From Octopus bimaculoides (taxonomy: Eukaryota): a stretch of DNA of 46,544 nucleotides. The position numbers were made by a program, and so were the translations under genes. Positions 12,418 through 25,936 of the stretch are shown piece by piece (the stretch's first letter is position 1; each line of letters begins with the position of its first letter). The notes under the pieces were generated by a model. That model worked only from the letters and a program-made list of their open reading frames with translations. It did no database searches and was not told the origin of the DNA. The stretch is taken from contig NC_068983.1 of assembly GCF_001194135.2 (NCBI RefSeq), positions 127,871,722 through 127,918,265 on the forward strand. Direction: 5' to 3'.

Positions 12418-12776
12418 TGCGGCGGGTCTGTGTGGTAGGGAGTTTGTTTCCCAACCAAATGGTTCCGCATTCAGTCCCACTGCGTGGCATCTCGCTCATG
12501 TGTCCGAAAAAATGTTTGTGATTTGGTAGACAGAAACTGAAAGACGCCTGTCCTGTGTGTTTGTGTAGAGTGTGTGTATCCCTGCCATTGTTTGGCAACT
12601 GATGGTGGTGTGTTCATGTCCTCGTAACTTAAGGGTTAGGCAACAGAGAACAATAGAATAATACTGTTACAAGAGTAAGGCCTGGGATCGATTTCTTCAA
12701 ATAAAATCCTTTAATGCGGTGATCCTGTATGGCCGCAGACAAATGAGTGAAAGAAGATTAAAAAAATAGAAGAATA
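12418..12776 (+). mobile_element. tRNA-derived SINE family A, degenerate near-full-length copy
   Basis: gtgtggtagggagtttgtttcccaacc...ggttccgcattcagtcccactgcgtggc...tggtagacagaaactgaaagacgcc...atggccgcagacaaatgagtgaaa; colinear with 17693-18080. Confidence 0.85.
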
Positions 12777-15494
12777 CACCACAACCTCACACTCACATAT
12801 GCATGAACGCATGCAAACACAGACATACATACACACACACACACGCACACATACACATAGATTTATAACTTACGACGCGAGACACTGTCCATCTGTCTTT
12901 CTGGTATCATTTCTGGTATCAGGAGATATCTTGCAATAGCAGGCAACTTTTCTCCACCAGAAAACATGCCGCCGTCCTAAAATGAAATTGAATTGTGTAT
13001 AATTTTATTTACCAATGAAACAAAAATACCAGAGTTGATCAAAGGCATGTTCTTTCAGGGCCAGCCTGGTGTTAAACAGCTGCCGCAGTGTTTGTAGTCT
13101 CCACACATTGAAGTTTTTACAGAAATGTTCCTTATATAGCAGATGTCTAAGTATTTTCTGAACTCATTGCATATTTATATATGCGCGCGCACACACACAC
13201 ACACACACACGTAAACAGAGTGTCCTGTTCTTACTCATACAAAATAATACACACACGCCGATGTAGGATTTCTTTGTAATAACAAGAGAAACTTGTCTGT
13301 GTTAATATCATCACCAGAGCTGGCGGTCAATTGGTTATGCCAAGAACAGGTGATGTTTTATCTGTATGTGTTGAAAATAATTTATTCACGTTGTGAAGAA
13401 TGGATTTATCTACAATAGGCATACACATACGTATGCAGAAACACATACGCATATGTGCGTGTATGCATAAAATTACGTATATATTTGTGAGTACAGAAGT
13501 GAGTGTATACATACCAAAATATAAGTAAATAACTATATACATATACACGTATACATATATAATACGCAATATATATATAAATATATACATTGCGTATTAT
13601 ATATGTGTGAGTGAGTGAGTATGTGTGTATATGAATAGCTGCTTGTATAAATATGCCTCTATATCTGTTTGCATACATATTTGTATGCATGTATGTATGT
13701 ATGTATGTATGTGTGTATGTATGGAAACTGAGCTAATAGGAATAATTCTGAATAACTCGTGTCATATTTGCACAACAAAGACGAGCACTTTATATTAAAT
13801 CATATTGAAGATAAATTCTCGATTTATTGAAATGTTATGTTTCTAGATAGAAAAAGCCAATCACTTAGTGGCCGTTTATACTAATTCCACAGAGGAGCAG
13901 AAACTAATTTAACGACCGAAAATTACTAAATGACAACATAACAAAAGACAATCTGTGTTTCTGAATATAACAGAACAGCTGAGGAATGTATGTTTGTACC
14001 TCAGTAGACACTATCAAAACAGGAACTGAGCAAGTTGCGTTCATCTAGAGCACAATATAAGCCATGTGTGGCTTCACAATCCTAGCGAAGTGTTTTGCAG
14101 GAAACTCTCAAAGTTGATGAAGCCAGACATTGCACGATGACCGAATCCAATGGTATACAACTACTGCTTCACAAGAGTTGACCTACGTACGTCCTCAGAT
14201 GGTTAAGTGCAGACCTAAATTTGGCAAAGAAGAACCGTCATGTCAGAAGCAAGCGGGTAAAAACTTATGTGTTCATCTTCAAGAAACAGAACTTAAATGA
14301 TGTGAAATAATTCTACCCAATTCTACTTACATACACATATTCGGGAATTCTATTACTGTGCAAAAGGGTGCACACATACACACACAGAGACTCAATTATG
14401 TGTGTGTATGTGCCCATGTTCTTTTGTGTATGTATATAAAGATTATAGTTTGAAGTGTATATTAAGACGCGGTTGCAATAATAATATTCTAATATAACCA
14501 CTAGATATTTTTATATTTCTAATCAATTCTTAAATGAACATAAGTATAAAAATATATTTCAGTATTTTAAAATCTATAAGTTATACATGAAAATTACAAA
14601 GCATAATACAATTATTAGACTTATTAATATCGTAATCAACATATCCGTCCCTTCATTGAAATATATGCTAGAAAATATATATTAAAATTGAATTCCGACA
14701 TAACTTAATCCCATAACACAATTATCTCCGTTTATTTTCTTATATGTGATGGGTTGATAGAAAATCTTCCTATCAGACATTCAAAATTTCCGAAGTGCAT
14801 GGGGTATTATTGTTACGAATATTCTATAGTAGCTAAATACTGCTTGACATGATAAGGCAGTTAAAATGTAATAGGTATGTGTCTGATTCTAATTGAAGTG
14901 AGCAGCGATTGAAGATTACAAAAAATCGATTGATACCATTCATTGTAGGTGAGCAAGACAAACATACAACGTTTCCCAACGATGTTCCACATCGATGCCA
15001 CATATAGATCAACGTCGCTCCCAACATCATATAAAATAAAAATGTTTCGTCTCATGAGGCATGTAGCGTATCAAAAAAACATTTCTCAGAAACTAAATTG
15101 ACATGCCGACATTTTGTTCATTCAGTCGCGTAAGAAATACATTTCTCAGGTTGTGTAAGTGTCCTGACGACCTCGTGTACATTTCGCATCATGTAAAGAA
15201 AACCAAAATGTTTCAAAATAATGTTTTAAAATGTTTCAAAAGTGTTTTAAAATATTCACGTGTATGTGTTCATATAAAGTCAAGTTTATACTGATTATTG
15301 CTCGTTAATTATGTCCAACAGCTAATCACCGTACACAGGAAATTATATATTAACGGGAAAAAGCATGTACTTTTAAAATCTGTCGGTTTAAACAGTAACA
15401 TAGTAAATTTTTATAGTGTAACATTTGAATGCATAAATTGGTTCGTTTCTGAGGAGACCTTTTACAGTAATGTATTAAGGACAGAATAATATAA

Positions 15495-15497
<3 letters not shown>

Positions 15498-15590
<93 letters not shown>

Positions 15591-15615
15591 GCACACAAAA
15601 GGCACAGACACACAC

Positions 15616-15662
<47 letters not shown>

Positions 15663-15680
15663 CAGATAGATAGATAGATA
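15498..15680. repeat. Compound (TC)n - (CA)n - (AGAT)n microsatellite
   Basis: About 43 TC units, then about 15 AGAT units. Confidence 0.95.
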
Positions 15681-16089
15681 TGTGCATATATACACTTAAA
15701 ACACTGAATAAAATCATAAGTTACATGTTCAGCTGATATATCAAATTTCTCAAGAGAATTACATATGGAGGCCATTTAATTAAAAGGATTTTCAATGACG
15801 TTATCTTAAGCGTTTCCTCAATCATATTTATATAAGTATACAATGCACCAAAATTTGTGAATGCGGATATCGTACTGAGCACTAAAACTTTCGGATCTTC
15901 TTGCTTTTGAAACATTATTTGTCTTTAACCCGTTCCGAACAGAGTCCCTGTGTTTAACATCACCCTCTACTTGGACTCCTGATCAAAAACGTAAACAGCT
16001 GAATATACTGAAGTAGAAAAGCAATGGCAGATTAGTAACTGAATAAAATCGGTTGTATCATATTTTCATCTACGTATTTTGTTACTTAC

Positions 16090-16183
16090 CGGTTAACCGG
16101 GAATCCGGTAGAGATAATGTTTAACCACTTCATCCTATTGAGTGAATGCAGCGTGACAGGGTTGATCTGAGCTTCGAATAATT
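16090..16183 (-). CDS. Candidate coding exon, strong splice signals, unidentified product
   Basis: Minus-strand acceptor gcgtttttccctttcAG and donor CG|GTAAGT. Only one frame is open: (x)LFEAQINPVTLHSLNRMKWLNIISTGFPVN(R). The same frame is open upstream to ATG 16274. Confidence 0.4.
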
Positions 16184-16525
16184 CTGAAAGGGAAAAACGC
16201 ATGACCATCGTGTTCTCCAAGCACTGCATACACATCATACTGCTCAGCGTGCTGGCGGTTCTGAATTTAGACATGAAGCCACAACCGGTGACACTACCAC
16301 TACAACAATTTTAGCATTCATACACTCATTAGGGAATTTTCCCGTATTACGAAGAAAATGCAAGGGCTCCTCAGAGACAACCCAATGAGATTTTCCACAC
16401 AGTTAACCGCAAAATAGTTGATGGAATTAAAAAAAATTCAAATTTCATCTAGATCCTTCGAAGTGCAACCAAGAATATTTTAGCGTGTGCTTTCCTGCGT
16501 ATCTCACACTCTTCTGTATATACAT

Positions 16526-16581
<56 letters not shown>

Positions 16582-16731
16582 TCAAATTATACTAAGTTTA
16601 GTTTTATGGAGTAACATTTAAAGATGAAAAAATCTCTTTACATCGATTGACCACTATTGACCTAACACTGATTCCATAGTTTCTACTGTCCATGTGTAAA
16701 AATCGCCTTGGTATATATTAGATTCGTCTAT

Positions 16732-16945
16732 GGCGGCGAAGTGGTATAATAGTTACCACACCGGACAAAAGACTTAGCGGCACTTTTTCCGTCTCCACAT
16801 TTTGTATTCAAATACCACGGAGGTCGAATTTGCCCTTCATCATTTTGGGTCGATAATATAAATATTAGCTGACCACTGGCGTCTGTGTCATCGACTTACC
16901 CTCATCTCAGAATATGCTGCCCTTGCGCCCAAATTTCAAACCAGT
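16732..16945 (+). mobile_element. tRNA-derived SINE family B
   Basis: ggcggcgaagtggtataatagttacc...acttagcggcact...attcaaataccacggaggtcgaatttgcccttcatc...gggtcgat...catcgacttacc...gcccttgcgcccaaatttcaaacc. Confidence 0.8.
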
Positions 16946-17167
16946 ATTTTGGTTTGGTCTTTCGCTACTACCTGTCAGTGAAACACAAAATAGTCAATGA
17001 ATAGTATTTCTGTAACTGGTTATTTTTACCGTTGTTACTTAGTCACATGTCAAACTTTATACACTAAACTTATAACATAAATTATTCCAATGATCAATAT
17101 CCTATAGGTAGCGAATGTAACATTTATCGAATAAGTTATATTTATACGTAAGGGGAAAGTTGTAAGA

Positions 17168-17345
17168 CGGGAGAATGTTTAGCACGCCTGACAAATTGGT
17201 TAGCAGCATTTTTTCCTCTCTTGCGTTCGGAGTTCCTTTTCATATTTTGGGGAAGACAAGTAGTGGTGACTACGAATTCTACCAGCCACTCCCACTAAAT
17301 TTCAGGTCCTGTGTCTATAGTTGGATGGTTATTTAAATATAAGGG
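17168..17345 (+). mobile_element. SINE family B, internally shortened copy
   Basis: gggagaatgtttagcacgcctgacaaattggttagcagcatttt...gagttc...ctttt, with tail caggtcctgtgtctatagt. Confidence 0.65.
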
Positions 17346-17692
17346 AAAATCTGAGGGAGATTTTGGGTAGTGCTTTTAGCTTAGCCTCGTCAAAACCTTC
17401 AAATATCTTGACCCAACGTTTTGATAAAAAAAGTTAATGATAGCAAATCTTATACGTGAATATTCGCAATTATGGCTTAAAATACGTCCCATTTTTCTTC
17501 ATGTATATCATCACAATTTAGCGTTAAATGCTATGCTCTATATATACAAAACTATTAGCTTTCGTGGAATCTAAGGTTTGTTTATGATCTCACAAGAAAA
17601 TGGCATTTATAAATATTTGTATGAAATATATTTAAAAAAATAAATCAGATTGCTTCCTAGAAGTACTCTAATAATTCAGAAAAAAATAGTAT

Positions 17693-18080
17693 AGGCGCAG
17701 CGTGGCTGGGTGGTAAGAAGCTTCCTTCCTAACCGCATGGTTCCAGGTTCAACTCCATTGCGTGGAACTTTCGGCAAATGTCTTGTACGGTAGCCTCGGG
17801 TCAACCAAGGTGTTGTGAGTGGATTTGGTGGAAGGAAGCTGAATGACGACCGTCATATATATATATATATTTGTGTATATTTGCTTGTCTCCCCACCATC
17901 GCTTGACAACCGATGTTGGTATGTTTACGTACCCTTAACCTGACGGTTCGGCAAAAGACACCGATTGAATAAGTACCAGTCTTATAAAGAATAAGTCCTG
18001 GGACCGATTTGTTCGACTAAAGGTTGTACTCCAGCATAGCCGCAATCAAATGACTGAAACAAGTAAATGAATAAATGAAT
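17693..18080 (+). mobile_element. tRNA-derived SINE family A, full-length copy
   Basis: A-box tggctgggtggtaag, B-box ggttcaactcc, CORE-like ctttcggcaaatgtctt, internal (TA)n at about 17856-17870, and 3' tail cagcatagccgcaatcaaatgactgaaacaagtaaatgaataaatgaat. Confidence 0.9.
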
Positions 18081-18367
18081 TTACATCATGCGTATTAAGA
18101 TGAAACATAAATATTATTACAAGTATAACAAAACTGTAATTAGCAAATTTTATACCGTTTTTACATTAATCGCTACTATGAATAAGTTGATATTGTTAGT
18201 CAAAATATTTTCACTGTAGCAGAAACCCATACTGTAACTACTATCTAGATGATATAGAGATACTATTAAATGAACAACTAGTTGTATCAGGACTGATTTA
18301 TCCCAGCATATTTATAAAATATTATCAAATCTACAAACAACCTCCTAAACATTAGTTCTAACAATAA

Positions 18368-18537
<170 letters not shown>

Positions 18538-18735
18538 AAGGCAGTAGCAGGAAGAATCGTTAGCAAACCAAACAAAATGCTTTGCGGTATTTTGTCCGTC
18601 TTTATTTTTGAGTTCGACTTCTGCCGATGCCTTTCATTCTTTCTGGGCTGATAGAAAATATCTACCATCTGAGTATAGGTGACCACGTAATGCACTAGAC
18701 CCTCCCCGCATTTTACCTATGATAGAAAGAATTTT
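18538..18735 (+). mobile_element. SINE family B
   Basis: aggcagtagcaggaagaatcgttagcaaacc...aaaatgctttgcggtatttt...gagttcgacttctgccga..gcctttcattc. Confidence 0.75.
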
Positions 18736-21463
18736 TATCATTATTAACTTTTCTTTTTATTTTGTGATGTTGGCGATGATGACGACGACCATGATGACGA
18801 CAACGTAGACATTACTAGAAGTAAAATGAGTAAATGACAATGACATGCGACATATATGTTCGTTCGTTTACGGCTTCTTATCAGAAATAACATCTGTAAT
18901 GTGTGATTGAACGAGTACATTTTTGCAATAATGCGACTCCAATCGCGTCCATCCCTCACTTACAAATGTTGTTTATACTTAGATGTCACTTTTCTTAGCA
19001 TAAGTGCTTAGTTTCATAGTTTATAGTTTACTGAAACTATAACATGACTTCATTATGCGGTTTGTCAACTTGAAACGTAAATGGTACATGTAAAGCGGAC
19101 GTTTTAAAACTCTTCCTTCGCATAACATATATCAAAATAGACACACACAGAGACACGCACCGACACACCCGTACATATATATATNNNNNNNNNNNNNNNN
19201 NNNNNNNNNNNNNNNNNNNNNNNNNNNNNNNNNNNNNNNNNNNNNNNNNNNNNNNNNNNNNNNNTATATATATATATATATATATATATGAGTATTTTTG
19301 TGTCAGTGTCAGTTTTGAGTGAAGAAATTTCTGAAATTTGTTTCGAAATCTTATGACTGGACATTTTGGGTGTGTCTAAAGGAAGAAATTAAAAGCAATA
19401 AAAGCAAGCAAAAAAGATAATGATGTAAAATGTTGATTTGGAAGAGAAGCAACATAGCCATGTCACTCGCTTCAGATGTTGCATTTAAACATAATTTTCA
19501 TTTCCGAAATGACATTTCTGTATGAAAACATACCTCCCTCTAAGGATATATCTCAGAGGTAAAGTCAATGCCTGCCATGTCATATGCTGTATAAAATGTG
19601 TTCATTTGTCAAATAATGGCAAATTGAATAGCACTTTCTATTCATTTGAGATTAAATTGCAATAAAATGAAATTAAATTAAAAGCCAAGCAAAGAAAAAA
19701 CAACTAAATAATGAAATGGGAAATATCGCTTCATTTTGATTAGAAGAAGCTGAATAATACAGCTGATGATTTAGGCATATTTTCTTTGTTTTTGCTTTTT
19801 TTTTATAAAATTCTATTACTTGTCTCTGTAAAATTAGTTTAAGAATAGTGTGGATTTCATTAAAGTTTCAGAAAAGTTTGATCAATTGTAAATAGCTTTC
19901 CTTAATGATAACTGCTGTGGTGGGAATCAGAAACAGCGATACTGGTATCTAGGTTTCAACTGTTGCTAAGATTTAATCGAGTTTATTTTCTTAAGAATGT
20001 TCTTTTAAATTATTAAGAGATGCTATGAAGTATGGTTGCATAATTAGCATATTTTTTCAAACTACATGTAATGAAATCTTTGGTCTAATGGTGGTTTCTC
20101 ATCCGTTTCATTTAGCAGTGTGTGTATGTGTGGGTATTTGTGTTTTGTGTGTGTTTGTGATATTACATATTCTCTGCAGTGGTTATAAAATTATATTTTG
20201 TAAACATTTAATATTATGAATATGGACGAATTAGGCATGGTGGGGAAATCACAGTAAAGAGAAACGAATTTGTGAAAGTTATTTAGAAAGAACATTGAAT
20301 TAAATATAAAATAATGGTTTGAAGAGGGCATTCAAAAGCATAGACCAATCACTGTCTGGTAGAAATGTACATTATGAATTGAACTGGACTTGAGATGTAT
20401 ATAGGTTAGCCATGTATATACACGAAACACACATATGCCCAGACACCAACACAGGCAAACAAGCGAGTTAATATTAAGTTACATTTAAATTTGCACCTTC
20501 ATTTAGAAGTTGTAAATTAAAATTTCTGCGAGAAAATGACAAAATGACAGATATTTAAATTCGAACAGTTATTATTTTTTAACTAAAATCTCTGATGTTA
20601 AGTGATTCTACTCACTTTTATCTTGCAATAATTGAAATAATACTTCTACACGAGAGGATTATTTTCACATCTGATTAAACCAATATTCCGTTTAAACATT
20701 ATAATTATTTAATTTTTTTCATAATTCTATGAACAAAATTTCCATATTGTACAGGTCACCTTTCCTTTCTTTCGATCTTTCTTTGTTTTATTTTATATTT
20801 ATTTTTGATATTATATTTATTTTTGTTATATTTTCCAATCTGAATTCGTAGCTTTGCTGATAAAACTAATTAATTTATTTTCGAACACTTGAGTTCAAAT
20901 GCTCAATCTGTTTCCAGGATAATCATCTGAAAGCGCACCAAGCATGATCATCGATAAAATATTGATTTCAGTCGGTGGTCGTTTTAGAGTGACTTTATGT
21001 GTCTGACGTGTATTTGTTCGCTAGAATAAAATTATATGTTTGTAAATTTTTTTAACGTCTTATTCAGTGTTTGATGCGCAATAATGGGGTAACATGTGCC
21101 GTCTAAAGAAACAAAATATGACAGAGCTTTCAAGGTTCATGTACATGAAACCCGAGGTTCATAGTTGAAAGTTAGTTCGAAAGATAAAGAGAAAAAGATG
21201 GTTATTTTTGAGATCAACATTTTCGAATGGTCTGCTTAAGTCCAGTTGCAAAGCATAAGGTGTTCATTTAGTGGTGTTGTATACCATTTACAATTTGCTT
21301 TTGGTAGGCACAAACAGTTTTTGTGAACATAAAGTTGCTGCAGTCAACACTGATAAAAAAAAATGTAATTTAGATTGTCGCTCATGAAAAGATATGTAAC
21401 AAAATTCATCTAACATGACTTTAAGGACAAATTGTCCAATACGAGTCTTTTCTTTACTCAGAT

Positions 21464-21537
<74 letters not shown>

Positions 21538-21679
21538 GTATGTATATAGCTGAAATATGTATGAGTTCGGAATCGTTTTATAAATTCTATAATGATATAC
21601 GTTGCAGAAATATTGATGAATATTTATGGAAAGAGCATATAATTATTATTATATAAAGATCTACCTCTACATTCTAGAC

Positions 21680-21926
21680 CAGGGGTTGTCATCCATTCTT
21701 TGCGTATGGACCGCTTTCATTCCTATTTTATTGGGATGAACCACTATAGCTATTTGATGTTTTAAAATTCCTATTATTTTATAATAATTAAATATTAAGA
21801 ATTGTATTGAACAATTTTCACTATTTTTGTACTGTTGAAGTATCAATAATTTATTGCACATATATTTAAAAGTAAAGTCTTCAACTGACCTCCAAAGGTC
21901 ACGTGGACGCCGGTAGAGAACCACTG
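21680..21926. mobile_element. Non-autonomous hAT (Charlie-like) MITE, 247 bp
   Basis: Imperfect TIRs CAGGGGTTGTCATCC (21680) and GGTAGAGAACCACTG (ending 21926) resemble the Charlie CAGTGGTTCTCAACC terminus. The 8-bp flanks TTCTAGAC / TTTTAAAC resemble a decayed NTCTAGAN target duplication. Confidence 0.8.
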
Positions 21927-23804
21927 TTTTAAACTAAATTAATGATAGATATACCTGCGTCGATAATTTAAGGTAGTGAGGTATCATTTATACTGAAAAT
22001 TGTGTTAAATAAAACACGAAATATGGATTGCATGGCACATTATGAATCTCGTGACCAATTCGAGTGCACACGCAAATTCATGTGTGCATATTGCATTGCT
22101 TGCACGCATATACATACATATGTGTGTCTTTGGGAGTGTACGTGCTTTTGTGTGTGTGTGTATGTGTGTGTACTTTGTTCTGTCGTTTTCATTATTCCCA
22201 CTGATTGACACTTCATATTCATTCATTGTTCTTTCTTTTCTTCCAATTCTACATTAATCCCTGCTTCCCATTTTTATACTTTGATTAAATTCAAGTTGGT
22301 GTTTGATCTTGTATTTCTTGCATATACTATACACCTGACGATTCTGTACGTAATTATCATTGTATATAGTTATTAATTCTTTTCCATTAATTCTCGTATT
22401 ACTCTCTTCTTTTACTTAACATCTCCACGAATTCATCCTACATCTTTATATATTTTTTTCTCCTCGTTTGGCTTTCAAATTTCACATAGCTCTCCCTCAT
22501 TCTCTCTAATATTGCAATTGATCCACTCGTTATCACGATGTCTGAAACGTAAATACCAAAGTACAGAACGGACAATTTCAGACTGATGAGCGTTTGTAAA
22601 GAAAACAGAATTACCGTATTGGAAATAAGGCTTTATTCATCTAATTTGACAGATACGGTAGACAAATAATAAATTTCGCCAGCCAGTTGAGAATGAGTTA
22701 ACGACGACGACATGATGCACTTTGGTAATGAAAAGCTAGCCAAAATAGTTACGTATAAAAAATACATACATGAACAGCATGTATATTTTTGTATAAACTT
22801 GTATATGCAAACAACATAAACATGCATAAAAACAGTTCATTGCATTCTCACAACAATGTCATTCAGTAAGTTACATTTAAACATTTATTATTCAATATAT
22901 ACACACCAACATTTACACACATACACATATTCTATATAAACTCTCAAACATACCAACTTTGTTTCTCACACTCATATTTCTTATTCTCAATTTACTCCAA
23001 ACAATACTAATTACTATACTAATTATATTGAAATTGTTTGATTTTTAGCACATAATTGTTTTGTTGTTTTCTATGTATCTTGCGAGTTTATTTATTACCT
23101 ATTTTTTTCTATTTTACATGTCAACACATTATTGTAAACAAAGTGTAAAAATACTCACATGATTGTGCAGATTTATACATCGCATTTCTATATTAATTCC
23201 AACGGCTCTTTCAATAATTGTTTCATAGAAATGATTTCCAATAACAAATACACAAAAAAATGTTTGAACGGATTAATCTAAGATTGATTTAGACGAATTA
23301 TGAAATTTCATAACTACCAGTTCTACGTCTTTCTTGTGTCAGAAGATATTTTCAAGAATTGAAACACAAAACCAAAAAAATCTTCATGGAAGGCAACATA
23401 CTGGTCTTGACTTTAATAGGATGACTACATTAGCCATTTATCTGACCTCATGCTTAATGAAAACGATCAATACAAAATCAATATTATTTATTCACTAAAG
23501 TGTTAAAAGCAATAACAGAAGACCAATTAAAATTTAACACCTATGTTTAACACTTATGTATATATATATATATATATATNNNNNNNNNNNNNNNNNNNNN
23601 NNNNNNNNNNNNNNNNNNNNNNNNNNNNNNNNNNNNNNNNNNNNNNNNNNNNNNNNNNNNNNNNNNNNNNNNNNNNNNNNNNNNNNNNNNNNNNNNNNNN
23701 NNNNNNNNNNNNNNNNNNNNNNNNNNNNNNNNNNNNNNNNNNNNNNNNNNNNNNNNNNNNNNNNNNNNNNNNNNNNNNNNNNNNNNNNNNNNNNNNNNNN
23801 NNNN

Positions 23805-23859
<55 letters not shown>

Positions 23860-25126
23860 CGCGCATGTTCATTTCCTTAAAGGAAATACCATTTAAATTC
23901 TGAGTTGAAATTATGGATTCATCACGTCCCTGTGAATTTGTTAATATGTTTTCTATATAATTTCCTTTTCTATAGTCAAACCAATAGATTTTCTTTTCCT
24001 TACGGTCTTGAGTGTGGATTAGATGCGGGGATTAGAGCGGGGATTAGATGCTAAGTATTCTCATATTATGTGTACACCATTGCTAAAGAAATTATTTTCT
24101 TTTGAATCCTTTAGTAAACATTTTTTTAAATAAGAAATATTATTAGAACATTCTGTTTCGATTTGCGCAATCCAATTTCAATTATAACCAGTCATTGAGA
24201 AGGCTGAAACAAAATTATCCACTTTTATTATGAATGTAAAGTTTGTGAAAAGTTTGAGAAGTATAGTAAATGAAAATAACTCAATGTTTATGCAAGCAAT
24301 AATTTATTTGACGGTTCTCACAATAAAAATGACGAAGTGCAATTTTTTCTCCAAGAACGAAATTAGAGTGAGTCAATTTACAGAAATACGGGAATAATTA
24401 TGAGAGCTTTGTAAAACATAAATATAACAGATTTACACATTCTAATCTATTACTATTTTTCATTCCAGAATCTGGATGTGTTAGATTCAGCGAAACTAGA
24501 ATTTTGTTTTTTTTTCGTGGCTTGCATCCATTTACATAAGTTTTACATCATTTTGTAACAGATAGATTCGCAGTACAACAATATTAAAAAGATTGCTTAC
24601 TCCTGGATAGAGCCCGACCATTTGTGGAAGTATCTCATGAATAACTCCTTCTATATAAAGATCATTCCAAAGCCAGTTATTGTAGGAATAAATAAACGGC
24701 ATTTTTCAACTCTAGAATTAGAAGTCCATTTAAATTTCAGATACTATCGCTGTCTAGAAAAGAAATTAAGTATAAAATATAGCGATTTTAACCGTGTTGA
24801 ATGTAGATAGAGTAACCCGAAGCTGCTCCGTGTTCCTGAAATGTCGAAAAAAGAGTCGGGGTTATATTCCGTCGATGTAGGCACAATGGCTTAAAGAAAT
24901 GTTTATTATAAATCCTAATATAACCAGTGAAATATGCCTGAATGACAAAAGTGTAAACTGCAAATAGGCCATTCTTCACATACCCGCATATGCCCCGCAT
25001 ATACACACACACGCCCCCCGCATACACCACTCACACACATATCGCGCACAAACACATTTGTATCTACAACTGTCTATCTATCTGTATATCTATCTATACA
25101 TCTATATATCTATCTGTATATCTATC

Positions 25127-25162
<36 letters not shown>

Positions 25163-25900
25163 AGTGTGTGTTTGCGTGTGTGTGCATGCGAAAGAATAAG
25201 TTCAAACGAGAACAATTTTTTGAGAGGTCCAAAGAGAGAGAAAGAATGACTTCTAATAAAGATTCATCATATTCATAAAAAAAAAAAACAGTCAGAGCAA
25301 GTCATAAGTGTATGAAAATAGTAGTTGAAAAATATCGTTATAGGTATAAATATACCATAAACAATTGTAGAAAAATGGAGGAGAAGATGTTGAATCAAAA
25401 TTAGATTTAATAGAAAATGAGATTCAATACGTTTCAAAAGACAATACATATATGTAAGAAAAAATTATAACCATAGTAATTATAATTCAATTTGTGCATT
25501 GTCATTTTCATCAGTGTGGGGAATTTTTGTAAGGACATAAAAATGGTTTAATAAAATAAAGTAAAATAAGATGCAATAATGGAGAATACAATTGGGGTAA
25601 TGCGGAAAAAATCGGATATTTGCAGGCAAGTTGTAAAAGGGGAAAAATATTAGTAATAATAACAGTAAGAGTGACGAAAGAATAAAAAGACAGACATGTA
25701 AATGTGTATGCATGTCTATATGTGCGGTAAACTATAACATAGTTTTTCAGGATTAATATGTTTAACACTATGTTCTCTCTACTTGTCCACCTGTTACGTT
25801 ATATTCTAGTATACACACGTGGCCCTGTTTATACTACTTTGTTAAGACCTGCTATACATTTTTTAAACATAACCGTTAGCTTTTCATTCTTACTTTTATG

Positions 25901-25936
<36 letters not shown>

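Noticed and set aside
16200-16270. Minus-frame peptide VYAVLGEHD resembling a trypsin-like protease motif
   Set aside because: It is bounded by stops, has only a weak donor (GTCATG), and no other serine-protease exons are visible.
22575-22615. CTGATGA…GAAA near a Penelope-like gaaacgt
   Set aside because: No stem II pairing and no correctly placed cleavage triplet or stem I.
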